From an uncultured Gammaproteobacteria bacterium (GTDB lineage: Bacteria; Patescibacteriota; Patescibacteriia; Patescibacteriales; UBA12075): a stretch of 64,000 nucleotides of DNA. Of the stretch, positions 33,134-43,268 are shown piece after piece. The stretch is from the NCBI GenBank assembly GCA_964459725.1, contig CAYWNT010000002.1, forward strand, positions 83,719-147,718, written 5' to 3'. The first letter of the stretch is position 1; each line of letters begins with the position of its first letter. The translations under genes were made by a program, and so were the position numbers. The notes beneath the pieces are model-generated. The model was given only the letters and a program-made list of their open reading frames with translations, was not told where the DNA came from and ran no database searches.

Positions 33134-35335
33134 CTATTTATCTAAATTTCCAAGAAACTCTTCGGCGTATTCTTTTATATTTGGATTAACTTTTACAGCA
33201 GCTTCGACTGCTTTTTTTGCATTTTCATTATCTCCTGATCCAGCGTAAAGCTTGGCCAAGTTTATCCAATGAGTTGCGACTTTTGGTTCTAGCTTTGTCA
33301 ATCTTTTGTATAGATTAATAACCTTAGGCCAATCTTCCTGCTCTGCGTATCTATTTACCAACCCCTTCACAAAGCCAGCTGGAGCGAGTAGATTTGCTCC
33401 CCCTACTGATCCAACACATTCATCTAAGTATTTATAACCCTCGTCTTCTTTCTGCAGAAAAATCAAAGTTTTTCCTAGATGACAAGCGCTATCCCAATAT
33501 TCAGGACTCAAATCATAAGCGTACTTCAGTGTTTCTAGGGCCTTATCTTTCTCATCTCTGGTTATAAGTATTTGAGATTTTTGATAGTAGATTGGTACTC
33601 TGCCCGGACTTGCTTCAATCGATTTATCAATAGCTTCTAAAGCTCTACCAGAATAATAGTTAAACTTATCAGGAGTTCCAATATAGGTGCTGGCAACGCT
33701 ATTTAAAACCTGAGCCAACATCATCTGGGCCATACTGTCTCCAGGATTATAAGCTACATTTTTCTCAGCTAACTCTATAATATAATCCTTTGTCTCCTCT
33801 CTTTTTTCCGGATTGATACCATTATAGGCTCTAGGATTTGAAAATGCCCTTATCAAGCTAGTTCTACTATCACGATCAAGTACAGTATCAAGACTCAGGG
33901 CCTTTTTGTACTCTTCAATCATCATCTCTTTATTGTTTGCCACCTTTTGTCCCTCAATGGTGCCGATAAGCATTCTCCATGGCTTTACATTGTATTGATA
34001 CGCAATCAAGAGCATAATAATAGCAGCCAGAACCAAAATTGATTTTTCCTTATTAATAAATCCCTCATCTTTGGGCAATTCTTCTTGTTCGAGCTCACCT
34101 CTTGTATTCATCCAATACACATAGCCCAAAGTTATCATTATGCCAATATATGTTGCTAAGGAATCGAAAACAGCCAGATTCTGCACAAAATAAGCAATTA
34201 TCAGAGAAGAAACTAGCACAAACTCGTGAATATTCTGTTTTCCTGCCCTATAGCCTGTAACAATATAATATCCAGCTGCTATAAATATTGATAAATAAGT
34301 TACCAATCCCAGTATGCCTGTTGTGGTGGCAATATCTATTAGGTTGTTATGTGCTCTATCAAAATATGTTTCTTGCCTTGTGTAGTTATAAAAATCAGGA
34401 TCAAAATGCTTATCAAATACAATGGCGAAATTACCATGACCGGTTCCAAGCAGTGGATGATTTTTTAGGTCAGTCAATCCTGCCCTCCAAGAAATAAGTC
34501 GAGTTTGGAAAGTATTTTTCTCTATATTTATTCCACGGGCATTTTTCAAAAATGGTGTATTTTTTACAAAATCACTATCTCTGTTACTTAAAACCAAAAA
34601 AGAAGACAAGATCAAAACAGCAAACAAGGATAGAGTTGTAATTTTTATTTTCTTATTTTTACTCAAAATTCCATACAAGAATGTCGCCACCATCAAACTA
34701 AATCCAAGACCCACCAAGGCTCCAGTTGTATTGGCCTTGTTGAAATGCATTAGCATTAATACTACCGGCAAAATATAGAGCCATCTATAGTCATTTTTCC
34801 TCTCCTTGAAAAACAAAAGAAAAGAAAAATACATATTAAATATCAAATAGCCACTTACGTATGCTGAATTTCCAATCGTGCTGTATGACTTTACACCTCC
34901 TAATCCCTTAAGGGCTACAATGATCGCCACAAAAACAGAGGACATCATTAATATCCTCCAATCCTTCCATTCTCGAAAGACGGTAATAATAATCAAATAA
35001 AGGATGAAAAAGTGCAAAATATGAAAAGCACCAAGCATCCTCTCAATATCTCCCCAGAAGCTCAAATTAAAATCAACTCCAGTAAAACAAGAAAGGACCA
35101 TCATCACAAAAAATGCTCCCAAACCAAAAGTAACATAAGACCACTTAGGTCTGTACACTGGATATTTTATGATAAATACAAGCCAGAGCACAAACAACGC
35201 CTCCATTAAAATGTTAAACGGAAGCTGCTTAGAAGTGATAAACGGAAATAAAAGATTCTTAAAAACAAATAATACGCTAAAAAGTGATAAATATACACCA
35301 ATTTGCAATATTCTTAAATACATTTTTTGACTCAT
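33134..35335 (-). CDS. O-antigen ligase/polymerase-like (Wzy_C) multi-pass membrane protein fused to C-terminal TPR domain
   Basis: It has more than 10 TM segments, the Wzy_C-like loop GTGHGNFAIVF...YFDRAHNNLIDIATTTGILGL, and a C-terminal ~280 aa of TPR-like repeats. The track start (35398) is a TTG overlapping TATATAAT; the ATG at 35335 is preferred. Confidence 0.8.
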   Translation of the reverse strand: MSQKMYLRILQIGVYLSLFSVLFVFKNLLFPFITSKQLPFNILMEALFVLWLVFIIKYPVYRPKWSYVTFGLGAFFVMMVLSCFTGVDFNLSFWGDIERMLGAFHILHFFILYLIIITVFREWKDWRILMMSSVFVAIIVALKGLGGVKSYSTIGNSAYVSGYLIFNMYFSFLLFFKERKNDYRWLYILPVVLMLMHFNKANTTGALVGLGFSLMVATFLYGILSKNKKIKITTLSLFAVLILSSFLVLSNRDSDFVKNTPFLKNARGINIEKNTFQTRLISWRAGLTDLKNHPLLGTGHGNFAIVFDKHFDPDFYNYTRQETYFDRAHNNLIDIATTTGILGLVTYLSIFIAAGYYIVTGYRAGKQNIHEFVLVSSLIIAYFVQNLAVFDSLATYIGIMITLGYVYWMNTRGELEQEELPKDEGFINKEKSILVLAAIIMLLIAYQYNVKPWRMLIGTIEGQKVANNKEMMIEEYKKALSLDTVLDRDSRTSLIRAFSNPRAYNGINPEKREETKDYIIELAEKNVAYNPGDSMAQMMLAQVLNSVASTYIGTPDKFNYYSGRALEAIDKSIEASPGRVPIYYQKSQILITRDEKDKALETLKYAYDLSPEYWDSACHLGKTLIFLQKEDEGYKYLDECVGSVGGANLLAPAGFVKGLVNRYAEQEDWPKVINLYKRLTKLEPKVATHWINLAKLYAGSGDNENAKKAVEAAVKVNPNIKEYAEEFLGNLDK

Positions 35336-35525
35336 AATTTTAGTGAAAAGCAGTCGAATACGACCGACAATTATATATAGAAAAAAGCGACCAAACAATC
35401 GCTTTTTTATTAATTATTCTTAATTTAGATTATATCAAATCCAAAACTAATGTCAATTTCTGTAGTAATACTATTATTTCCTCTAATCTGGTATAATAAA
35501 ATTAAATACACATCTAATAAATCAA

Positions 35526-36773
35526 ATGAAAAATATAAAACAAAAAATTTACAGCCTTGTTAAAAAATCAGAAAAATGGACAAAAACAGACATGGTCTAT
35601 CTGGCCAAAAATGGCTCATGGATAGCTCTTAGTAGGTCCATTGGTATTATTTCTGCTTTTTTGCTGTCGATTGCCTACGCCAATCTCCTGCCGAAAGAAA
35701 CATACGGGCTCTATAAATACACCCTCTCCATAGCGGGTCTTCTTGGTATTTTCTCTCTTCCTGGTATTAATACATCGCTAATTAGATCAATATCACTCGG
35801 ACACGAAGGATCATTCGGCAAAGCTCTCAAAACAAAGGTCAAATGGGGATTTTTAGGGCTTGTAGTCGGTCTATCTGTTTCTGGTTATTATTTCTTTAAT
35901 GGCAATCTCGTTATTGCATCTGGATTTTTGATAGCCTCTTTTTTTGTGCCGATCACAGAAGTTTTCAATATCTCCGGGTGCTATCTTCAAGGAAAAAAAT
36001 TATTCAAGACTTCCGCCATGGTCAATTCCATAAAAAGTATTCTTTTCGCAATCGCAATTGTTTCCACTATATTTTTTACAAAAAATATTGTTTTAATATT
36101 GCTTGCTTTTTATTTCTCAACCTTAATTTTTCAAATTGCTATATATTTATATATTTTCAAAAAATATAAGAGAAATAATAGTATCGACAACTCTACAATC
36201 TCCTTTGGCAAACACCTTAGCCTAATTAGTATCATAGAGAAACTGGCAATGCATATTGATAAAATTTTAATGTGGCACCTTTTGGGTCCTGCTAAATTGG
36301 CAGTTTATGCTTTTGCTACATTGCCTGTCATACAACTCAATTCGCTCTTAAAAATCATTCCCACTCTTTCCTTCCCCAAACTGACTGTCCAAAACAGAAA
36401 CGAACTAAAGAAAACCCTACCCCAAAAGACCATGAAGCTACTATTGCTCTTGATAATTCCTGTAATAATTTACTACACTCTAGCCCCACTGCTTTTCAAA
36501 CTTCTCTTCCCTGAATACCTTGAAGCAATTAAATATTCTCAAATATACTCATTATCAATCCTGACAATTCCTCTCGGCATGTTTGCCACAACAATAACTG
36601 CTAAAGCGCACAAGCGATATCTCTACATAATAAAAACTATAAATCCATCGATTAAAATTATTTTATACGCCATGCTAATACCAGCATTTGGAATCAACGG
36701 GGCCATAGCAAGCTTCATTCTGGCCAATGTTATTAATTCCCAAATATCATTTTTCTTTTTTAAAAAATTATAA
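35526..36773 (+). CDS. polysaccharide flippase (Wzx / MOP superfamily)
   Basis: 415 aa with ~12 TM segments and a typical 'polysaccharide biosynthesis protein' profile. It sits in the glycan locus. Confidence 0.75.
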   Translation: MKNIKQKIYSLVKKSEKWTKTDMVYLAKNGSWIALSRSIGIISAFLLSIAYANLLPKETYGLYKYTLSIAGLLGIFSLPGINTSLIRSISLGHEGSFGKALKTKVKWGFLGLVVGLSVSGYYFFNGNLVIASGFLIASFFVPITEVFNISGCYLQGKKLFKTSAMVNSIKSILFAIAIVSTIFFTKNIVLILLAFYFSTLIFQIAIYLYIFKKYKRNNSIDNSTISFGKHLSLISIIEKLAMHIDKILMWHLLGPAKLAVYAFATLPVIQLNSLLKIIPTLSFPKLTVQNRNELKKTLPQKTMKLLLLLIIPVIIYYTLAPLLFKLLFPEYLEAIKYSQIYSLSILTIPLGMFATTITAKAHKRYLYIIKTINPSIKIILYAMLIPAFGINGAIASFILANVINSQISFFFFKKL

Positions 36774-36776
36774 TTT

Positions 36777-37664
36777 ATGTCAAACAAAATAAAACCAGAT
36801 TTTATCGGTATTGGACCAGGGAGATCATCCTCGACCTGGATTTTTGATTGTATAAATGAGCATCCTGATTCATGTCTTTCAATCCCAAAAGAGACAAAGT
36901 TCTTCTGGGATGATGGTGAAGACATGACTAATTATGAAGCCTTCTACAAGCACTGTGGTCAGAATAAAATAATTGGCGAGTTTACTCCAGGCTACATATA
37001 TAGTAGAAAGGCTGCTGAAAGAATAAAAAAATATTATGGAAAAACCAAAATAATCACTTACTAGAGAAATCCTCTAACCAAGCTTTCCTCTGTTTATTAT
37101 TTCAATAAGCACCGAGGTATTATTAATTTCGACGACATCAACCAAAGAATTAATTTTGATCTAAAAAATAATGATCCAGATGGTTATCTTCAAAAAGGAT
37201 TTTATTATAAATATTTAAAAAACTATTACGATCTTTTTGATAAAAATCAGATACTGGTTTTAAAATACGAAGACATAGAAAGAGACCCAAAAGAATTTAT
37301 TAAAAAAATCTATCAATTCTTAAATCTAGACGATAATTTCGTGCCTGACCTACTTAATAAAAAAGTAAATATCACAGCCAAAAATACAAGACGATTCCCG
37401 GTTCTTAATAAAATTTATTTTTCGACCAAAAAGTATTTAAACGAAAATAAAAAATATAATATACTTAAAATTTTAAAAGTTATAAAGGTCCACAAGCTCG
37501 TCAGCTTTATACTGAAACATAATTTACGACAAAAAGGTATTGTGCCACTAAAAAAACAGGATATCAATCCTGAATTTAAAGAAAAACTAATAAAATACTA
37601 CAAAGAAGATACTTTACAACTAGAAAACTTAACTTCTGTAGATTTTAAAGAATGGCTCAGTTAA
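36777..37664 (+). pseudogene. sulfotransferase interrupted by a single in-frame TAG (37062-37064)
   Basis: The 5'-PSB-like loop is IGIGPGRSSSTWI. The TAG falls in ..KIITY*RNPLTKLSSVY.., exactly at the 3'-PB 'RxP..R..S' region. Both halves are in the same frame, and I translated no other stop between 37065 and 37664. Confidence 0.7.
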
Positions 37665-37819
37665 AACAAGGTATAAATAAGTGGCGCTACCACACTGCCC
37701 TCAGCAAAAATTAATAGCATACCCAAAAGTAGTAAAATAATAACTATTGGGATTAACCAGTATTTTTTTCTTTGTTTTAAAAAACTTAAAAATTGTAAAA
37801 AAATAGTAAATTTTGTCAT
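37661..37819 (-). CDS. DUF5989 (SxtK-like) small membrane protein; not in ORF track (52 aa)
   Basis: The reverse complement gives MTKFTIFLQFLSFLKQRKKYWLIPIVIILLLLGMLLIFAEGSVVAPLIYTLF*. The signature ...RKK(Y/W)WL.PI... and the C-terminal APxIYTLF match the family usually found after carbamoyltransferase/SxtJ. It starts 1 nt after the SxtJ stop. Confidence 0.7.
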   Translation of the reverse strand: MTKFTIFLQFLSFLKQRKKYWLIPIVIILLLLGMLLIFAEGSVVAPLIYTLF

Positions 37820-37820
37820 A

Positions 37821-38243
37821 TTAAAATAGATTTTCTAGATCCTGTTTGGATACAGGTTCTTTTTTTATCCAATAAGTATTTAAATCTTTGTTGATTTTTT
37901 TATTTAAGAAATCTCCTTTTATCACTCTAACACATAATCCGATTGGTAGCAAAAATAAATAATACAATATTATCAACAACAATCTCGAAACAAAATACCC
38001 AATAAACAAAGAAATTCCCATCCACAACAAATACAAATATGAAACCAGCTCAACCCTATAGAGAGAAACAATAAAATAAGCAAGGATTATATAAAAGATC
38101 AGACTAATTTCTTTACCACTCAAAAAAAAGAAGAACCCGATCAAAACTATTATCACCAAAAATAATATCGAAAACTTTCTCAGTTGTTTTTCGCTTCTAT
38201 CTATTTTTTTTAATTGTTTGTAAATATCTTTCAAAAAATTCAT
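37821..38243 (-). CDS. SxtJ-family small membrane protein
   Basis: 140 aa with three or four TM segments and a C-terminal ...RVIKGDFLNKKINKDLNTYWIKKEP (SxtJ-like 'GkDpL...d...sYW' tail). It lies downstream of a carbamoyltransferase. Confidence 0.65.
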   Translation of the reverse strand: MNFLKDIYKQLKKIDRSEKQLRKFSILFLVIIVLIGFFFFLSGKEISLIFYIILAYFIVSLYRVELVSYLYLLWMGISLFIGYFVSRLLLIILYYLFLLPIGLCVRVIKGDFLNKKINKDLNTYWIKKEPVSKQDLENLF

Positions 38244-38249
38244 ATATAT

Positions 38250-39452
38250 TTATTCTTCCCTTTTTAAAAGAAGCTCGTTATTAATCGCTTCGGCAATTCT
38301 TTTGTAGCCCTCGGGCAAAGGATGGCCGTCTAATGATTCAGGATATATCTTTTGTCCCTGACTCAAAGCCAGAGACATGTGCTCTGTCACGTCTATAAAA
38401 GGTAAATTATTTTCCAAGCAAAAACTCTTTGTCTCCTCTATTACATTTTTCTCCTTTTCTATAATATCATTCAAATATTCACCTATCTCTATTCCCTCTT
38501 TATTAAAATACTGACTGTAAACATATTCTTTGGTAGGAATGATAACAATCACAAATTCTGCCTCCTTCTCATTGGTATCATCTCTCATCTCTATCCATAA
38601 TTTTTTGGTAATAGCAAATCCTTCTTTGGTATCAGGATTACTGAGATCGACTGTGTTGTATCTATAAGTCGGGCTCATTATTGTCCCTAAATTATCATGT
38701 TCATAGTAGTAGCCTTTGTCTGGATTGTCTTGGAGCCATTTTTTTATTCTCTGATTTTTTTCTTCATTCGTTTCAGCTAGGCCCATTTTCTCTCTGGCCT
38801 TTCTCGTAACATTTCCAAGTAGTGAATAGAAATAGCTCTTACTTCTAATATAGTCCCTAGTTCTTCTGAGTTTGTATTTAAATGAACCAGAGTCCTGTCC
38901 GCTCTTTATCATCCTTCTCACATCCTCACTTCTTGTTGACTCAGTAGTATTTTCTTTCTTCTCCTCATTTCGTAAGTGCTTCCAGTTTTCATTATTGTAA
39001 ACAATATGATAAGCATCCAATAAATCATTGCCAAGATAAAATCCATGCAAAACATATTCCGGATTAAAGCTAAGAGCCTTATCTAGTAAATAATAATGCT
39101 GCACTATAGCTCTCTCAATGAAAGCCATTTGGTATACAGTCTTATCAGAAATCGAATCTAAAGCCTGTGGCCATGCTTCGTCCATCTCAGCATTTAACCC
39201 TTGGGTCTGAGAATCTCCCATGGCAACAATATCTACCTTTTCTGGAACAGATTTATTTCGAAAACCATTATCATCCCAGGCGCCTTTCTCTCCGGCTACG
39301 TGTCCCAATATTTCATGCTCCACTCTTTCGTATTCTGACTTGTCTACTTTGACAATACGTAAAACCACTTCAGCCAGCAATACTGAAAATAAAACACTCA
39401 CCAAAATTAAGGTTAAATTTATTAATAAATTTTTTTTATTAGTCCAACTCAT
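38250..39452 (-). CDS. SGNH/GDSL-type hydrolase or O-acyl/esterase, membrane-anchored
   Basis: Block I is VAMGDSQTQG and block V-like is LDGHPLPEGY. It has an N-terminal TM anchor. The start is set at the ATG at 39452 (GGAGAG upstream) rather than 39476. Confidence 0.7.
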   Translation of the reverse strand: MSWTNKKNLLINLTLILVSVLFSVLLAEVVLRIVKVDKSEYERVEHEILGHVAGEKGAWDDNGFRNKSVPEKVDIVAMGDSQTQGLNAEMDEAWPQALDSISDKTVYQMAFIERAIVQHYYLLDKALSFNPEYVLHGFYLGNDLLDAYHIVYNNENWKHLRNEEKKENTTESTRSEDVRRMIKSGQDSGSFKYKLRRTRDYIRSKSYFYSLLGNVTRKAREKMGLAETNEEKNQRIKKWLQDNPDKGYYYEHDNLGTIMSPTYRYNTVDLSNPDTKEGFAITKKLWIEMRDDTNEKEAEFVIVIIPTKEYVYSQYFNKEGIEIGEYLNDIIEKEKNVIEETKSFCLENNLPFIDVTEHMSLALSQGQKIYPESLDGHPLPEGYKRIAEAINNELLLKREE

Positions 39453-41262
39453 ATTTCTCTCTCCAATTTTCGTCATTTTCTAATTTTTTTTGATTTTCCT
39501 TATCAATAACAAAATTACCCATCACTAAATAATCCATTTCTGTCCTCATAAAGCACTTATAAGCGTCTTCAGGCGTGCAAACTATTGGCTCACCTCTTAC
39601 ATTGAAAGAGGTATTGACCACCAAGGGACAATCGGTTATCTCATAAAAAGAATTTATCAATTCATAATATCTCTCATTTCTCTCCTTGCTTACGGTTTGA
39701 AGTCTAGCCGAATAGTCAACATGCGTTATAGCAGGAACTACAGATCTCTTTGTTTTTAGCTTATCTAATCCGCTTACTACCTCTTTTTCGGTTGATATTT
39801 CAACTTTTTTATTATCCCTTATGTTTGTGGTGATCAGCATGTAAGGCGAAGGTCTATCTATGTTAAAAAAATCTGATGCCTTATCTTCCAAAACAGAAGG
39901 GGCAAAAGGACGAAAGCTTTCTCTGTATTTAATTTTCAAATTCATTTCCTTTTGCGTCTTTGATGATCTAGGATCCCCCAATATAGATCTGTTACCCAGA
40001 GCTCTCGGCCCAAATTCCATTCTACCCTGAAACCAGCCAATTATTTTTTGCTCAGAAATAAGCTCGGCAGTTTTTTTACATAAATCATTATCATTTTCTA
40101 TGTAATCATAACCAATACCCGACTTATCTAAATATTTTCTAATACTTTCATCTGAAAATTCCGGGCCGAAGTAAGAGCCATTCTGCTCTGACACATTTTT
40201 GTCGTCAACAAATCTTTTTCCGTCAAAATAATGATACCAGGCGTACAAGGCAGCCCCTAGAGCTCCACCAGCATCCCCTGAAGCTGGCTGAATCCAAATA
40301 TCCTTGAAAGGACCCTCTCGTAATATTCTGCCATTAGAAACACAATTCAAGGCAACACCTCCAGCTAGGCATAAGTATTTTTTTCCAGTTTTCTTATGAA
40401 CAAAGTTTACTATTCTGAGCATCAACTCCTCTGTAACAACCTGAATAGACCTGGCTATGTCCATTTCTTTTTGTGTAATCTCGGTTTCTGACTTTCTCGG
40501 ACTCCCTCCAAACAACTCATCAAACTTTTTATTAGTCATCTTGAGTCCAGCAGGATAATTAAAATAATCCATATTCAACCTGAAAGATCCATCTTCTTTT
40601 ATGTCAATCAAATTATCATAAATAACATCAACGTATTTTGGCTCACCGTAAGGAGCGAGTCCCATTAACTTGTACTCCCCCGAGTTAACTCTAAATCCTG
40701 TATAATAAGTAAACGCAGAATACAAAAGTCCCAAAGAATGAGGAAAATGAATCTCTAGGAGTGTATTTATCTTATTATCCTCTCCCACTCCAAATGAAGT
40801 TGTAGCCCACTCACCCACTCCATCAACAGTTAAAAAAGCCGCCTCCTGGAAAGGCGAAGAAAAAAAGGAAGACGCAGCGTGTGACAAGTGATGTTCGGCA
40901 AATAATATCTTACCCTTGTAGTCGGTTTCCCTCTGAACCACTTGAGGAATCCATAATTTCTTCTTTAGCCAAGCCTGCATGGCCTTGATAAATGATCTGA
41001 TTCCTTGTGGAGCATAAGCCAGATAAGTCTCTAGTATTCTTTCAAATTTTAAAAACGGCTTATCGTAAAAAACGATAGCCTCTATGTCATTTATATCCAC
41101 CCCTGCCTTATCTAAACAGTATTTGATAGACTGTGTTGGAAAACTTTGGTCATGCTTCACACGTGTAAATCTCTCCTCTTGGGTTGCGGCAATTATCTCT
41201 CCATCTCTCAAGAGACAAGCTGCACTATCATGATAGAAGCATGACAATCCTAGTATTATCAT
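39439..41262 (-). CDS. carbamoyltransferase (NodU/CmcH family)
   Basis: MIILGLSCFYHDSAACLLRDGEIIAATQEERFTRVKHD is a canonical N-terminus, followed by ...LAGGVALNCVSNG... and ...NTSFNVRGEPIV. The protein is 607 aa. Confidence 0.92.
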   Translation of the reverse strand: MIILGLSCFYHDSAACLLRDGEIIAATQEERFTRVKHDQSFPTQSIKYCLDKAGVDINDIEAIVFYDKPFLKFERILETYLAYAPQGIRSFIKAMQAWLKKKLWIPQVVQRETDYKGKILFAEHHLSHAASSFFSSPFQEAAFLTVDGVGEWATTSFGVGEDNKINTLLEIHFPHSLGLLYSAFTYYTGFRVNSGEYKLMGLAPYGEPKYVDVIYDNLIDIKEDGSFRLNMDYFNYPAGLKMTNKKFDELFGGSPRKSETEITQKEMDIARSIQVVTEELMLRIVNFVHKKTGKKYLCLAGGVALNCVSNGRILREGPFKDIWIQPASGDAGGALGAALYAWYHYFDGKRFVDDKNVSEQNGSYFGPEFSDESIRKYLDKSGIGYDYIENDNDLCKKTAELISEQKIIGWFQGRMEFGPRALGNRSILGDPRSSKTQKEMNLKIKYRESFRPFAPSVLEDKASDFFNIDRPSPYMLITTNIRDNKKVEISTEKEVVSGLDKLKTKRSVVPAITHVDYSARLQTVSKERNERYYELINSFYEITDCPLVVNTSFNVRGEPIVCTPEDAYKCFMRTEMDYLVMGNFVIDKENQKKLENDENWREKYELD

Positions 41263-41272
41263 ATTATATAAA

Positions 41273-42235
41273 TCAACTCCTTAAAATGGCCAGCATTTTC
41301 TCAGCGGCACTTTTCCAAGTAAACTTCAAAATATTATTATAAGCATTTTCTGCTAATTTTTTTCTTAAACCTTCGTCTTTCGCCAATCTCACAATTGCTT
41401 TAGCATATGCTTCCTCATCACGGACAGGCACAATAATAGAATTAACTCCGTCTACTGCAACCTCCTTGTTTTGCTCTATATCTCCGCATATTACCGGCAC
41501 CTTGCAGGCCATGGCCTCTGCAATTGGATTATTCCAACCAGCATAGTACTGGGCATCTACAAAAATATCAGCACTACTATATTCTCTAGCCATCTCAGAC
41601 TGTGGTAATCCTTTTCCTGTATACTCATCCATAAACAATGATGGTACTTCTTTCTTGGCAATTTCTACGGCCCTCCTAATAGTGGAAGTACCCTTCCATA
41701 ATCGATTACCACCAATACATAAAACCTTCATCTTGTTTTCTTCCTTTTCAAACTCAGCCGGGTAAAACATCTTCTGATCAACACCACCAAGTACCACCTC
41801 AGAAGAAATATCCATATTTTCTCTAAGCCAATTCTTACTATCAGTGCAATTTACAATTATCTTAACGTCCTTGTCTAGTAGCGCCTTCTTTAGCTGATAA
41901 GCTCTTTTATCTATAAAAAAAAGAAGAAAACAAGGCAAGAGTAGATTCTTTTTATTGTACAAATTGCAACAATAAAAATATTTCTTTCTCGCTTTTACTT
42001 GTTTGACGTTTTTATAGTCTATCTGATCATAATACACCAATACATCATGCTCCCTGTTTAAAAAATCTTCCAATGAAAAAATGTCAGCCTTCACATCGAG
42101 CCAACGACACTTACTACCATCACTGTGAAAAATACTTACATATATACCCATGGAAATTAAATGACTACTGAGTTCAATGACCCTTCTAATACCTCCTTTT
42201 AATTTTAAATGTGGAACTAAAAAACTAATTTTCAT
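41273..42235 (-). CDS. glycosyltransferase (GT-B, GT4-like)
   Basis: The C-terminal Glycos_transf_1-like region reads ...ADIFVDAQYYAGWNNPIAEAMACKVPVI. The start is set at the ATG at 42235 (MKISFLVPH), 4 nt after the upstream stop. Confidence 0.8.
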   Translation of the reverse strand: MKISFLVPHLKLKGGIRRVIELSSHLISMGIYVSIFHSDGSKCRWLDVKADIFSLEDFLNREHDVLVYYDQIDYKNVKQVKARKKYFYCCNLYNKKNLLLPCFLLFFIDKRAYQLKKALLDKDVKIIVNCTDSKNWLRENMDISSEVVLGGVDQKMFYPAEFEKEENKMKVLCIGGNRLWKGTSTIRRAVEIAKKEVPSLFMDEYTGKGLPQSEMAREYSSADIFVDAQYYAGWNNPIAEAMACKVPVICGDIEQNKEVAVDGVNSIIVPVRDEEAYAKAIVRLAKDEGLRKKLAENAYNNILKFTWKSAAEKMLAILRS

Positions 42236-42239
42236 AAAT

Positions 42240-43268
42240 TTATGCCATGCCATCATGTCTTGGACAAAAAACACACATTGGTGATGGAGTATCTGTATAG
42301 AGCATTCTTCTAAACTCTCGATAATCTTTATTATTCCAAATATTTTTCAAACTATCTTTGTATAAATTACCAAAATTTACATTTCGAGGATCCATTCCTT
42401 GCACACAACAAGGAGTAATATCCCCCTCTACTGAAATAAACGGCCTTTCCGAAGGCATTCTGCATTTGTAACCAGAAACTGGTGATAAGGGCGGATAAGA
42501 AAATATCACACCAATTTTCTCAGCATATTCTCTAGCCTCCTTCAAATATTTTTCAGACATCTCTCTATTTTCAGGATGATAAAGTGCGTTTATATCATAC
42601 TTATCATTTCTTCCTCGATGATCAACAAGCCCTCTTATCTTAACCTTTTTTACACCAGTCTCCTTGGCAAAATCCAATATTTTTTCAATCTCTTTTATTC
42701 TTGGAGGTATAACTACAGAGTATATTTCTACTCTAATATCACTTCCGCTCTCCCTGTGCTGATTCATGAAATTTTTTATATTCTCTTTTACTATTTGAAA
42801 ATTAGAGCCTATTCTAATCTTGTTATACTCTTCTTCGATCCCAGAATCAATAGAAAAAATAAGAGACTTTAAACCGCTATTAAGTATCCTTTCTGTATTC
42901 TGACTATTCAGCAATGTACAATTAGTAGAAAAAGAAGTGGAAATCCCTTTTTCAGAAGCATATTTCACCATCTTTAATAAGTCACCATTAAGTAGCGGCT
43001 CTCCATATCCTGTAAAATTAATAGATTTCAGTTTTTTAAATTGCTTAATAATTTTTATAAAATTATCAAAATCAATATCTTTTTTATCAACTCTCTGCTT
43101 CATCTCATCATCACACATCGTACATCTCAGGTTGCACCTAATGGTTGTTTCAATTTGGACTTCCTCCGGCTTTGAAAAATCATAGCCACCACCTATAAGT
43201 GCCTCTTTATACTTTGTTATTTTTCTGAGTATTGAATTTATTGATAATTTGCTAATGGAATTAATCAT
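42240..43268 (-). CDS. radical SAM enzyme with SPASM-type C-terminal Cys cluster
   Basis: CNLRCTMCD (CX3CX2C), with C-terminal CRMPSERPF..., ITPCCVQG... and CVFCPRHD. Confidence 0.85.
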   Translation of the reverse strand: MINSISKLSINSILRKITKYKEALIGGGYDFSKPEEVQIETTIRCNLRCTMCDDEMKQRVDKKDIDFDNFIKIIKQFKKLKSINFTGYGEPLLNGDLLKMVKYASEKGISTSFSTNCTLLNSQNTERILNSGLKSLIFSIDSGIEEEYNKIRIGSNFQIVKENIKNFMNQHRESGSDIRVEIYSVVIPPRIKEIEKILDFAKETGVKKVKIRGLVDHRGRNDKYDINALYHPENREMSEKYLKEAREYAEKIGVIFSYPPLSPVSGYKCRMPSERPFISVEGDITPCCVQGMDPRNVNFGNLYKDSLKNIWNNKDYREFRRMLYTDTPSPMCVFCPRHDGMA

